NCBI GenBank assembly: GCA_964057225.1
Contig: OZ059894.1
Location: forward strand, 2,356,001-2,420,000
DNA from: Auanema rhodensis
Taxonomy: Eukaryota > Animalia > Nematoda
DNA length: 64,000 nucleotides
Reading direction: 5' to 3'
Part shown: piece after piece, positions 11,820-25,100 of the stretch
Layout: each line of letters starts with the position of its first letter
Position numbering within the stretch: position 1 is the first letter of the stretch
The notes under the pieces: model-generated
What the model saw: the letters and a program-made list of their open reading frames with translations, nothing else
Databases searched by the model: none
Told to the model about the DNA's origin: nothing
Position numbers and translations under genes: made by a program

Positions 11820-14800
11820 TTTTTCGAGAAATTTCAAAATAATTTAGCAGAAAGTAGATGTTTTTAAATTCCTTTTTTCAAGGCAAAGACGATGGACATT
11901 GTTATTCAACGAAAAAAGTAATTCTTCAGGGTGAAAATCGAGGATATAAGTGTGAACTTATATCAGTTGATATCTCGGTGCATTTTTAAGCTAGCGCAAA
12001 TCTGATAACACAGATCGACGCAGCTTAAAAATCCGCATCGAATGCACTATACTACATTGAGGAACGCTTAATACAAAAATTAGTTATGATCGTTTGAAAA
12101 ATAATGCATTAGTGTATGTTGAGTTTCCATGTACACTCAACATAGCTTCCAAAAACATTTTGACAAAAATTTTTTCGAAAAATTTCAAAATAATTTAGCG
12201 AAAAGTAGATGTTTTTAGATTCCTTTTATCAAGGCAAAGACGATGGACAATGTTATTCAACGAAAAAATTAATTCTTCAGGGTGAAAATCTAGGATATAA
12301 GTGTGAACTTATATCAGTTGATATCTCGGTGCATTTTTAAGCTAGCGCAAATCTGATAACACAGATCGACGCAGCTTGAAAATCCGCATCGAATGCACTA
12401 TACTACATTGAGAAACGCTTAATACAAAAATTAGTTATGATTGTTTGAAAAATGATGCATTAGTGTATGTTGAGTTTCCATGTACGCTCAACATTGCTTC
12501 CAAAAACATTTTGACAAAAATTTTTTCGAAAAATTTCAAAATAATTTAGCAAAAAATAGATGTTTTTAGATTCCTTTTTTCAAGGCAAAGACGATGGACA
12601 ATGTTATTCAACGAAAAAATTAATTCTTCAGGGTGAAAATCGAGGATATAAGTGTGAACTTATATCAGTTGAGATCTCGGTGCATTTTTAAGCTAGCGCA
12701 AATCTGATAACACAGATCGACGCAGCTTAAAAATCCGCATCGAATGCACTATACTACATTGAAGAACGCTTAATACAAAAATTAGTTATGATCGTTTGAA
12801 AAATAATGCATTAGTGTATGTTGAGTTTCCATGTACACTCAACATAGCTTCCAAAAACATTTTGACAAAAATTTTTTCGAAAAATTTCAGAATAATTTAG
12901 CAGAAAGTAGATGTTTTTAGATTTCTTTTCTCAAGGCAAAGACGATGGACAATGTTATTCAACGAAAAAATTAATTCTTCAGGGTGAAAATCGAGGATAT
13001 AAGTGTGAACTTATATCAATTGATATCTCGGTGCATTTTTAAGCTAGCGCAAATCTGATAACACAGATCGACGCAGCTTAAAAATCCGCATCGAATGCAC
13101 TATACTACATTGAGAAACGCTCAATACAAAAATTAGTTATGATCGTTTGAAAAATGATGCATTAGTGTATGTTGAGTTTCCATGTACACTCAACATTGCT
13201 TCCAAAAACATTTTGACAAAAATTTTTTCGAAAAATTTCAAAATAATTTAGCAAAAAGTAGATGTTTTCAGATTTTTTTTTTCAAGGCAAAGACGATGGA
13301 CAATGTTATTCAACGAAAAAATTAATTCTTCAGGGTGAAAATCGAGGATATAAGTGTGAACTTATATCAGTTGATATCTCGGTGCATTTTTAAGCTAGCG
13401 CAAATCTGATAACACAGATCGACGCAGCTTAAAAATCCGCATCGAATGCACTATACTACATTGAAAAACGCTTAATAAAAAAATTAGTTATGATCGTTTG
13501 AAAAATGATGCATTAGTGTATATTGAGTTTCCATGTACACTCAACATTGCTTCCAAAAACATTTTGACAAAAATTTTTTCGAGAAATTTCAAAATAATTT
13601 AGCAGAAAGTAGATGTTTTTAAATTCCTTTTTTCAAGGCAAAGACGATGGACATTGTTATTCAACGAAAAAAGTAATTCTTCAGGGTGAAAATCGAGGAT
13701 ATAAGTGTGAACTTATATCAGTTGATATCTCGGTGCATTTTTAAGCTAGCGCAAATCTGATAACACAGATCGACGCAGCTTAAAAATCCGCATCGAATGC
13801 ACTATACTACATTGAGGAACGCTTAATACAAAAATTAGTTATGATCGTTTGAAAAATAATGCATTAGTGTATGTTGAGTTTCCATGTACACTCAACATAG
13901 CTTCCAAAAACATTTTGACAAAAATTTTTTCGAAAAATTTCAAAATAATTTAGCGAAAAGTAGATGTTTTTAGATTCCTTTTATCAAGGCAAAGACGATG
14001 GACAATGTTATTCAACGAAAAAATTAATTCTTCAGGGTGAAAATCTAGGATATAAGTGTGAACTTATATCAGTTGATATCTCGGTGCATTTTTAAGCTAG
14101 CGCAAATCTGATAACACAGATCGACGCAGCTTGAAAATCCGCATCGAATGCACTATACTACATTGAGAAACGCTTAATACAAAAATTAGTTATGATTGTT
14201 TGAAAAATGATGCATTAGTGTATGTTGAGTTTCCATGTACGCTCAACATTGCTTCCAAAAACATTTTGACAAAAATTTTTTCGAAAAATTTCAAAATAAT
14301 TTAGCAAAAAATAGATGTTTTTAGATTCCTTTTTTCAAGGCAAAGACGATGGACAATGTTATTCAACGAAAAAATTAATTCTTCAGGGTGAAAATCGAGG
14401 ATATAAGTGTGAACTTATATCAGTTGAGATCTCGGTGCATTTTTAAGCTAGCGCAAATCTGATAACACAGATCGACGCAGCTTAAAAATCCGCATCGAAT
14501 GCACTATACTACATTGAAGAACGCTTAATACAAAAATTAGTTATGATCGTTTGAAAAATAATGCATTAGTGTATGTTGAGTTTCCATGTACACTCAACAT
14601 AGCTTCCAAAAACATTTTGACAAAAATTTTTTCGAAAAATTTCAGAATAATTTAGCAAAAAGTAGATGTTTTTAGATTTCTTTTCTCAAGGCAAAGACGA
14701 TGGACAATGTTATTCAACGAAAAAATTAATTCTTCAGGGTGAAAATCGAGGATATAAGTGTGAACTTATATCAATTGATATCTCGGTGCATTTTTAAGCT

Positions 14801-15330
14801 AGCGCAAATCTGATAACACAGATCGACGCAGCTTAAAAATCCGCATCGAATGCACTATACTACATTGAGAAACGCTCAATACAAAAATTAGTTATGATCG
14901 TTTGAAAAATGATGCATTAGTGTATGTTGAGTTTCCATGTACACTCAACATTGCTTCCAAAAACATTTTGACAAAAATTTTTTCGAAAAATTTCAAAATA
15001 ATTTAGCAAAAAGTAGATGTTTTCAGATTTTTTTTTTCAAGGCAAAGACGATGGACAATGTTATTCAACGAAAAAATTAATTCTTCAGGGTGAAAATCGA
15101 GGATATAAGTGTGAACTTATATCAGTTGATATCTCGGTGCATTTTTAAGCTAGCGCAAATCTGATAACACAGATCGACGCAGCTTAAAAATCCGCATCGA
15201 ATGCACTATACTACATTGAAAAACGCTTAATAAAAAAATTAGTTATGATCGTTTGAAAAATGATGCATTAGTGTATATTGAGTTTCCATGTACACTCAAC
15301 ATTGCTTCCAAAAACATTTTGACAAAAATT
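11820..15330. repeat. Tandem duplication of a 5-monomer (1755-bp) unit E-F-H-I-J
   Basis: The private variant AAATCTAG occurs only at 12291 and 14046. TTTTATC is at 12228 and 13983, and TTTAAATT at ~11866 and 13621. All offsets are 1755. Confidence 0.88.
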
Positions 15331-18300
15331 TTTTCGAAAAATTTCAAAATAATGTAGCAAAAAGTAGATGTTTTTAGATTCCTTTTTTTAAGGCAAAGAC
15401 GATGGACAATGTTATTCAACGAAAAAATTAATTCTTCAGGGTGAAAATCGAGGATATAAGTAAGAACATATATCAGTTGATATCTCGGTGCATTTTTAAG
15501 CTAGCGCAAATCTGATAACACAGACCGACGCAGCTTAAAAATCCGCATCGAATGCACTATTCTACATTGAGAAACGCTCAATACAAAAATTAGTTATGAT
15601 CGTTTGAAAAATGATGCATTAGTGTATGTTGAGTTTCCATGTACAATCAACATTGCTTCCAAAAACATTTTGACAAAAATTTTTTCGAAAAATTTCAAAA
15701 TAATTTAGCAAAAAGTAGATGTTTTCAGATTTTTTTTTTCAAGGCAAAGACGATGGACAATGTTATTCAACGAAAAAATTAATTCTTCAGGGTGAAAATC
15801 GAGGATATAAGTGTGAACTTATATCAGTTGATATCTCGGTGCATTTTTAAGCTAGCGCAAATCTGATAACACAGATCGACGCAGCTTAAAAATCCGCATC
15901 GAATGCACTATACTACATTGAAAAACGCTTAATAAAAAAATTAGTTATGATCGTTTGAAAAATGATGCATTAGTGTATATTGAGTTTCCATGTACACTCA
16001 ACATTGCTTCCAAAAACATTTTGACAAAAATTTTTTCGAAAAATTTCAGAATAATTTAGCAAAAAGTAGATGTTTTTAGATTCCTTTCTTCAAGGCAAAG
16101 ACGATGGACATTGTTATTCAACGAAAAAATTAATTCTTCAGGGTGAAAATCAAGGATATAAGTAAGAACATATATCAGTTGATATCTCGGTGCATTTTTA
16201 AGCTAGCGCAAATCTGATAACACAGATCGACGCAGCTTAAAAATCCGCATCAAATGCATTATACTACATTGAGAAACGTTCAATACAAAAATTAGTTATG
16301 ATCGTTTGAAAAATGATGAATTAGTGTATGTTGAGTTTCCATGTACACTCAACATTGCTTCCAAAAACATTTTGACAAAAATTTTTTCGAGAAATTTCAA
16401 AATAATTTAGCAAAAAGTAGATGTTTTTAGATTCCTTTTTTCAAGGCGAAGACGATGGACATTGTTATTCAACGAAAAAATTAATTCTTCAGGGTGAAAA
16501 TCGAGGATATAAGTGTGAACTTATATCAGTTGATATCTCGGTGCATTTTTAAGCTAGCGCAAATCTGATAACACAGATCGACGCAGCTTAAAAATCCGCA
16601 TCGAATGCACTATACTACATTGAGAAACGCTTAATACAAAAATTAGTTATGATCGTTTGAAAAATGATGCATTAGTGTATGTTGAGTTTCCATGTACACT
16701 CAACATTGCTTCCAAAAACATTTTGACAAAAATTTTTTCGAAAATTTTCAAAATAATTTAGCAAAAAGTAGATGTTTTTAGATTCCTTTTTTCAAGGCAA
16801 AGACGATGGACATTGTTATTCAACGAAAAAATCAATTCTTCAGGGTGAAAATCGAGGATCTAAGTGTGAACTTATATCAGTTGATATCTCGGTGCATTTT
16901 TAAGCTAGCGCAAATCTGATAACACAGATCGACGCAGCTTAAAAATCCGCATCGAATGCACTATACTACATTGAGAAACGCTCAATACAAAATGTAGTTA
17001 TGATCGTTTGAAAAATGATGCATTAGTGTATGTTGAGTTTCCATGTACACTCAACATTGCTTCCAAAAACATTTTGACAAAAATTTTTTCGAAAAATTTC
17101 AAAATAATTTAGCAAGAAGTAGATGTTTTTAGATTCCTTTTTTCAAGGCAAAGACGATGGACAATGTTATTCAACGAAAAAATAATTTCTTCAGGGTGAA
17201 AATCGAGGATATAAGTGTGAACTTATATCAGTTGATATCTCGGTGCATTTTTAAGCTAGCGCAAATCTGATAACACAGATCGACGCAGCTTAAAAATCCG
17301 CATCGAATGCACTATACTACATTGAGGAACGCTTAATACAAAAATTAGTTATGATCGTTTGAAAAATGATGCATTAGTGTATGTTGAGTTTCCATGTACA
17401 CTCAACATTGCTTCCAAAAACATTTTGACAAAAATTTTTTCGAAAAATTTCAAAATAATTTAGCAAAAAGTAGATGTTTTTAGATTCCTTTTTTCAAGGC
17501 AAAGACGATGGACAATGTTATTCAACGAAAAAATTAATTCTTCAGGGTGAAAATCGAGGATATAAGTGTGAACTTATATCAGTTGATATCTCGGTGCATT
17601 TTTAAGCTAGCGCAAATCTGATAACACAGATCGACGCAGCTTAAAAATCCGCATCGAATGCACTATACTACATTGAGGAACGCTTAATACAAAAATTAGT
17701 TATGATCGTTTGAAAAATAATGCATTAGTGTATGTTGAGTTTCCATGTACACTCAACATAGCTTCCAAAAACATTTTGACAAAAATTTTTATGAAAAATT
17801 TCAAAATAATTTAGCAAAAAGTAGATGTTTTTAGATTCCTTTTTTCAAGGCAAAGACGATGGACAATGTTATTCAACGAAAAAATTAATTCTTCAGGGTG
17901 AAAATCGAGGATATAAGTGTGAACTTATATCAGTTGATATCTCGGTGCATTTTTAAGCTAGCGCAAATCTGATAACACAGATCGACGCAGCTTGAAAATC
18001 CGCATCGAATGCACTATACTACTTTGAGAAGCGCTTAATACAAAAATTAGTTATGATCGTTTGAAAAATGATGCATTAGTGTATGTTGAGTTTCCATGTA
18101 CACTCAACATAGCTTCCAAAAACATTTTGACAAAAATTTTTTCGAAAAATTTCAGAATAATTTAGCAAAAAGTAGATGTTTTTAGATTTCTTTTCTCAAG
18201 GCAAAGACGATGGACAATGTTATTCAACGAAAAAATTAATTCTTCAGGGTGAAAATCGAGGATATAAGTGTGAACTTATATCAGTTGATATCTCGGTGCA

Positions 18301-20007
18301 TTTTTAAGCTAGCGCAAATCTGATAACACAGATCGACGCAGCTTGAAAATCCGCATCGAATGCACTATACTACTTTGAGAAGCGCTTAATACAAAAATTA
18401 GTTATGATCGTTTGAAAAATGATGCATTAGTGTATGTTGAGTTTCCATGTACACTCAACATTGCTTCCAAAAACATTTTGACAAAAGTTTTTTCGAGAAA
18501 TTTCAAAATAATTTAGCAGAAAGTAGATGTTTTTAGATTCCTTTTTTCAAGGCAAAGACGATGGACATTGTTATTCAACGAAAAAAGTAATTCTTCAGGG
18601 TGAAAATCGAGGATATAAGTGTGAACTTATATCAGTTGATATCTCGGTGCATTTTTAAGCTAGCGCAAATCTGATAACACAGATCGACGCAGCTTAAAAA
18701 TCCGCATCGAATGCACTATACTACATTGAGGAACGCTTAATACAAAAATTAGTTATGATTGTTTGAAAAATGATGCATTAGTGTATGTTGAGTTTCCATG
18801 TACACTCAACATAGCTTCCAAAAACATTTTGACAAAAATTTTTTCGAAAAATTTCGAAATAATTTAGCAAAAAGTAGATGTTTTTAGATTCCTTTTTTCA
18901 AGGCAAAGACGATGGACAATGTTATTCAACGAAAAAATTAATTCTTCAGGGTGAAAATCGAGGATATAAGTGTGAACTTATATCAGTTGATATCTCGGTG
19001 CATTTTTAAGCTAGCGCAAATCTGATAACACAGATCGACGCAGCTTGAAAATCCGCATCGAATGCACTATACTACATTGAGAAACGCTTAATACAAAAAT
19101 TAGTTATGATTGTTTGAAAAATGATGCATTAGTGTATGTTGAGTTTCCATGTACGCTCAACATTGCTTCCAAAAACATTTTGACAAAAATTTTTTCGAAA
19201 AATTTCAAAATAATTTAGCAAAAAATAGATGTTTTTAGATTCCTTTTTTCAAGGCAAAGACGATGGACAATGTTATTCAACGAAAAAATTAATTCTTCAG
19301 GGTGAAAATCGAGGATATAAGTGTGAACTTATATCAGTTGAGATCTCGGTGCATTTTTAAGCTAGCGCAAATCTGATAACACAGATCGACGCAGCTTAAA
19401 AATCCGCATCGAATGCACTATACTACATTGAAGAACGCTTAATACAAAAATTAGTTATGATCGTTTGAAAAATAATGCATTAGTGTATGTTGAGTTTCCA
19501 TGTACACTCAACATAGCTTCCAAAAACATTTTGACAAAAATTTTTTCGAAAAATTTCAGAATAATTTAGCAAAAAGTAGATGTTTTTAGATTTCTTTTCT
19601 CAAGGCAAAGACGATGGACAATGTTATTCAACGAAAAAATTAATTCTTCAGGGTGAAAATCGAGGATATAAGTGTGAACTTATATCAATTGATATCTCGG
19701 TGCATTTTTAAGCTAGCGCAAATCTGATAACACAGATCGACGCAGCTTAAAAATCCGCATCGAATGCACTATACTACATTGAAGAACGCTTAATACAAAA
19801 ATTAGTTATGATCGTTTGAAAAATAATGCATTAGTGTATGTTGAGTTTCCATGTACACTCAACATAGCTTCCAAAAACATTTTGACAAAAATTTTTTCGA
19901 AAAATTTCAAAATAATGTAGCAAAAAGTAGATGTTTTTAGATTCCTTTTTTTAAGGCAAAGACGATGGACAATGTTATTCAACGAAAAAATTAATTCTTC
20001 AGGGTGA

Positions 20008-22113
20008 AAATCGAGGATATAAGTAAGAACATATATCAGTTGATATCTCGGTGCATTTTTAAGCTAGCGCAAATCTGATAACACAGACCGACGCAGCTTA
20101 AAAATCCGCATCGAATGCACTATTCTACATTGAGAAACGCTCAATACAAAAATTAGTTATGATCGTTTGAAAAATGATGCATTAGTGTATGTTGAGTTTC
20201 CATGTACAATCAACATTGCTTCCAAAAACATTTTGACAAAAATTTTTTCGAAAAATTTCAAAATAATTTAGCAAAAAGTAGATGTTTTCAAATTTTTTTT
20301 TTCAAGGCAAAGACGATGGACAATGTTATTCAACGAAAAAATTAATTCTTCAGGGTGAAAATCGAGGATATAAGTGTGAACTTATATCAGTTGATATCTC
20401 GGTGCATTTTTAAGCTAGCGCAAATCTGATAACACAGATCGACGCAGCTTAAAAATCCGCATCGAATGCACTATACTACATTGAAAAACGCTTAATAAAA
20501 AAATTAGTTATGATCGTTTGAAAAATGATGCATTAGTGTATATTGAGTTTCCATGTACACTCAACATTGCTTCCAAAAACATTTTGACAAAAATTTTTTC
20601 GAAAAATTTCAAAATAATGTAGCAAAAAGTAGATGTTTTTAGATTCCTTTTTTTAAGGCAAAGACGATGGACAATGTTATTCAACGAAAAAATTAATTCT
20701 TCAGGGTGAAAATCGAGGATATAAGTAAGAACATATATCAGTTGATATCTCGGTGCATTTTTAAGCTAGCGCAAATCTGATAACACAGACCGACGCAGCT
20801 TAAAAATCCGCATCGAATGCACTATTCTACATTGAGAAACGCTCAATACAAAAATTAGTTATGATCGTTTGAAAAATGATGCATTAGTGTATGTTGAGTT
20901 TCCATGTACAATCAACATTGCTTCCAAAAACATTTTGACAAAAATTTTTTCGAAAAATTTCAAAATAATTTAGCAAAAAGTAGATGTTTTCAGATTTTTT
21001 TTTTCAAGGCAAAGACGATGGACAATGTTATTCAACGAAAAAATTAATTCTTCAGGGTGAAAATCGAGGATATAAGTGTGAACTTATATCAGTTGATATC
21101 TCGGTGCATTTTTAAGCTAGCGCAAATCTGATAACACAGATCGACGCAGCTTAAAAATCCGCATCGAATGCACTATACTACATTGAAAAACGCTTAATAA
21201 AAAAATTAGTTATGATCGTTTGAAAAATGATGCATTAGTGTATATTGAGTTTCCATGTACACTCAACATTGCTTCCAAAAACATTTTGACAAAAATTTTT
21301 TCGAAAAATTTCAAAATAATGTAGCAAAAAGTAGATGTTTTTAGATTCCTTTTTTTAAGGCAAAGACGATGGACAATGTTATTCAACGAAAAAATTAATT
21401 CTTCAGGGTGAAAATCGAGGATATAAGTAAGAACATATATCAGTTGATATCTCGGTGCATTTTTAAGCTAGCGCAAATCTGATAACACAGACCGACGCAG
21501 CTTAAAAATCCGCATCGAATGCACTATTCTACATTGAGAAACGCTCAATACAAAAATTAGTTATGATCGTTTGAAAAATGATGCATTAGTGTATGTTGAG
21601 TTTCCATGTACAATCAACATTGCTTCCAAAAACATTTTGACAAAAATTTTTTCGAAAAATTTCAAAATAATTTAGCAAAAAGTAGATGTTTTCAGATTTT
21701 TTTTTTCAAGGCAAAGACGATGGACAATGTTATTCAACGAAAAAATTAATTCTTCAGGGTGAAAATCGAGGATATAAGTGTGAACTTATATCAGTTGATA
21801 TCTCGGTGCATTTTTAAGCTAGCGCAAATCTGATAACACAGATCGACGCAGCTTAAAAATCCGCATCGAATGCACTATACTACATTGAAAAACGCTTAAT
21901 AAAAAAATTAGTTATGATCGTTTGAAAAATGATGCATTAGTGTATATTGAGTTTCCATGTACACTCAACATTGCTTCCAAAAACATTTTGACAAAAATTT
22001 TTTCGAAAAATTTCAGAATAATTTAGCAAAAAGTAGATGTTTTTAGATTCCTTTCTTCAAGGCAAAGACGATGGACATTGTTATTCAACGAAAAAATTAA
22101 TTCTTCAGGGTGA
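20008..22113. repeat. Dimeric (702-bp) higher-order run K-J x3
   Basis: Monomers carrying GTAAGAACAT/AGACCG/TATTCT/T10 (starts 20008, 20710, 21412) alternate with monomers carrying GAAAAAC/TAAAAAAA/TATATTG (starts 20359, 21061, 21763). Confidence 0.88.
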
Positions 22114-25100
22114 AAATCGAGGATATAAGTAAGAACATATATCAGTTGATATCTCGGTGCATTTTTAAGCTAGCGCAAATCTGATAACACAGATCGACGC
22201 AGCTTAAAAATCCGCATCAAATGCATTATACTACATTGAGAAACGTTCAATACAAAAATTAGTTATGATCGTTTGAAAAATGATGAATTAGTGTATGTTG
22301 AGTTTCCATGTACACTCAACATTGCTTCCAAAAACATTTTGACAAAAATTTTTTCGAGAAATTTCAAAATAATTTAGCAAAAAGTAGATGTTTTTAGATT
22401 CCTTTTTTCAAGGCGAAGACGATGGACATTGTTATTCAACGAAAAAATTAATTCTTCAGGGTGAAAATCGAGGATATAAGTGTGAACTTATATCAGTTGA
22501 TATCTCGGTGCATTTTTAAGCTAGCGCAAATCTGATAACACAGATCGACGCAGCTTAAAAATCCGCATCGAATGCACTATACTACATTGAGAAACGCTTA
22601 ATACAAAAATTAGTTATGATCGTTTGAAAAATGATGCATTAGTGTATGTTGAGTTTCCATGTACACTCAACATTGCTTCCAAAAACATTTTGACAAAAAT
22701 TTTTTCGAAAAATTTCAAAATAATTTAGCAAAAAGTAGATGTTTTTAGATTCCTTTTTTCAAGGCAAAGACGATGGACATTGTTATTCAACGAAAAAATC
22801 AATTCTTCAGGGTGAAAATCGAGGATCTAAGTGTGAACTTATATCAGTTGATATCTCGGTGCATTTTTAAGCTAGCGCAAATCTGATAACACAGATCGAC
22901 GCAGCTTAAAAATCCGCATCGAATGCACTATACTACATTGAGAAACGCTCAATACAAAATGTAGTTATGATCGTTTGAAAAATGATGCATTAGTGTATGT
23001 TGAGTTTCCATGTACACTCAACATTGCTTCCAAAAACATTTTGACAAAAATTTTTTCGAAAAATTTCAAAATAATTTAGCAAGAAGTAGATGTTTTTAGA
23101 TTCCTTTTTTCAAGGCAAAGACGATGGACAATGTTATTCAACGAAAAAATAATTTCTTCAGGGTGAAAATCGAGGATATAAGTGTGAACTTATATCAGTT
23201 GATATCTCGGTGCATTTTTAAGCTAGCGCAAATCTGATAACACAGATCGACGCAGCTTAAAAATCCGCATCGAATGCACTATACTACATTGAAAAACGCT
23301 TAATAAAAAAATTAGTTATGATTGTTTGAAAAATGATGCATTAGTGTATATTGAGTTTCCATGTACACTCAACATTGCTTCCAAAAACATTTTGACAAAA
23401 ATTTTTTCGAAAAATTTCAAAATAATGTAGCAAAAAGTAGATGTTTTTAGATTCCTTTTTTTAAGGCAAAGACGATGGACAATGTTATTCAACGAAAAAA
23501 TTAATTCTTCAGGGTGAAAATCGAGGATATAAGTAAGAACATATATCAGTTGATATCTCGGTGCATTTTTAAGCTAGCGCAAATCTGATAACACAGACCG
23601 ACGCAGCTTAAAAATCCGCATCGAATGCACTATTCTACATTGAGAAACGCTCAATACAAAAATTAGTTATGATCGTTTGAAAAATGATGCATTAGTGTAT
23701 GTTGAGTTTCCATGTACAATCAACATTGCTTCCAAAAACATTTTGACAAAAATTTTTTCGAAAAATTTCAAAATAATTCAGCAAAAAGTAGATGTTTTCA
23801 GATTTTTTTTTTCAAGGCAAAGACGATGGACAATGTTATTCAACGAAAAAATTAATTCTTCAGGGTGAAAATCGAGGATATAAGTGTGAACTTATATCAG
23901 TTGATATCTCGGTGCATTTTTAAGCTAGCGCAAATCTGATAACACAGATCGACGCAGCTTAAAAATCCGCATCGAATGCACTATACTACATTGAAAAACG
24001 CTTAATAAAAAAATTAGTTATGATCGTTTGAAAAATGATGCATTAGTGTATGTTGAGTTTCCATGTACACTCAACATTGCTTCCAAAAACATTTTGACAA
24101 AAATTTTTTCGAAAAATTTCAAAATAATTTAGCAAAAAATAGATGTTTTTAGATTCCTTTTTTCAAGGCAAAGACGATGGACAATGTTATTCAACGAAAA
24201 AATTAATTCTTCAGGGTGAAAATCGAGGATATAAGTGTGAACTTATATCAGTTGAGATCTCGGTGCATTTTTAAGCTAGCGCAAATCTGATAACACAGAT
24301 CGACGCAGCTTAAAAATCCGCATCGAATGCACTATTCTACATTGAGAAACGCTCAATACAAAAATTAGTTATGATCGTTTGAAAAATGATGCATTAGTGT
24401 ATGTTGAGTTTCCATGTACAATCAACATTGCTTCCAAAAACATTTTGACAAAAATTTTTTCGAAAAATTTCAAAATAATTTAGCAAAAAGTAGATGTTTT
24501 CAGATTTTTTTTTTCAAGGCAAAGACGATGGACAATGTTATTCAACGAAAAAATTAATTCTTCAGGGTGAAAATCGAGGATATAAGTGTGAACTTATATC
24601 AGTTGATATCTCGGTGCATTTTTAAGCTAGCGCAAATCTGATAACACAGATCGACGCAGCTTGAAAATCCGCATCGAATGCACTATACTACATTGAAAAA
24701 CGCTTAATAAAAAAATTAGTTATGATCGTTTGAAAAATGATGCATTAGTGTATATTGAGTTTCCATGTACACTCAACATTGCTTCCAAAAACATTTTGAC
24801 AAAAATTTTTTCGAAAAATTTCAAAATAATTTAGCAAAAAATAGATGTTTTTAGATTCCTTTTTTCAAGGCAAAGACGATGGACAATGTTATTCAACGAA
24901 AAAATTAATTCTTCAGGGTGAAAATCGAGGATATAAGTGTGAACTTATATCAGTTGAGATCTCGGTGCATTTTTAAGCTAGCGCAAATCTGATAACACAG
25001 ATCGACGCAGCTTAAAAATCCGCATCGAATGCACTATACTACATTGAAGAACGCTTAATACAAAAATTAGTTATGATCGTTTGAAAAATAATGCATTAGT

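Noticed and set aside
23677-23868. 63-aa ORF MKNDALVYVEF...
   Set aside because: It starts at TTG inside a satellite monomer and exists only because a private T>C at 23779 turns the TAG found in the other copies into CAG. It has no recognisable domain.
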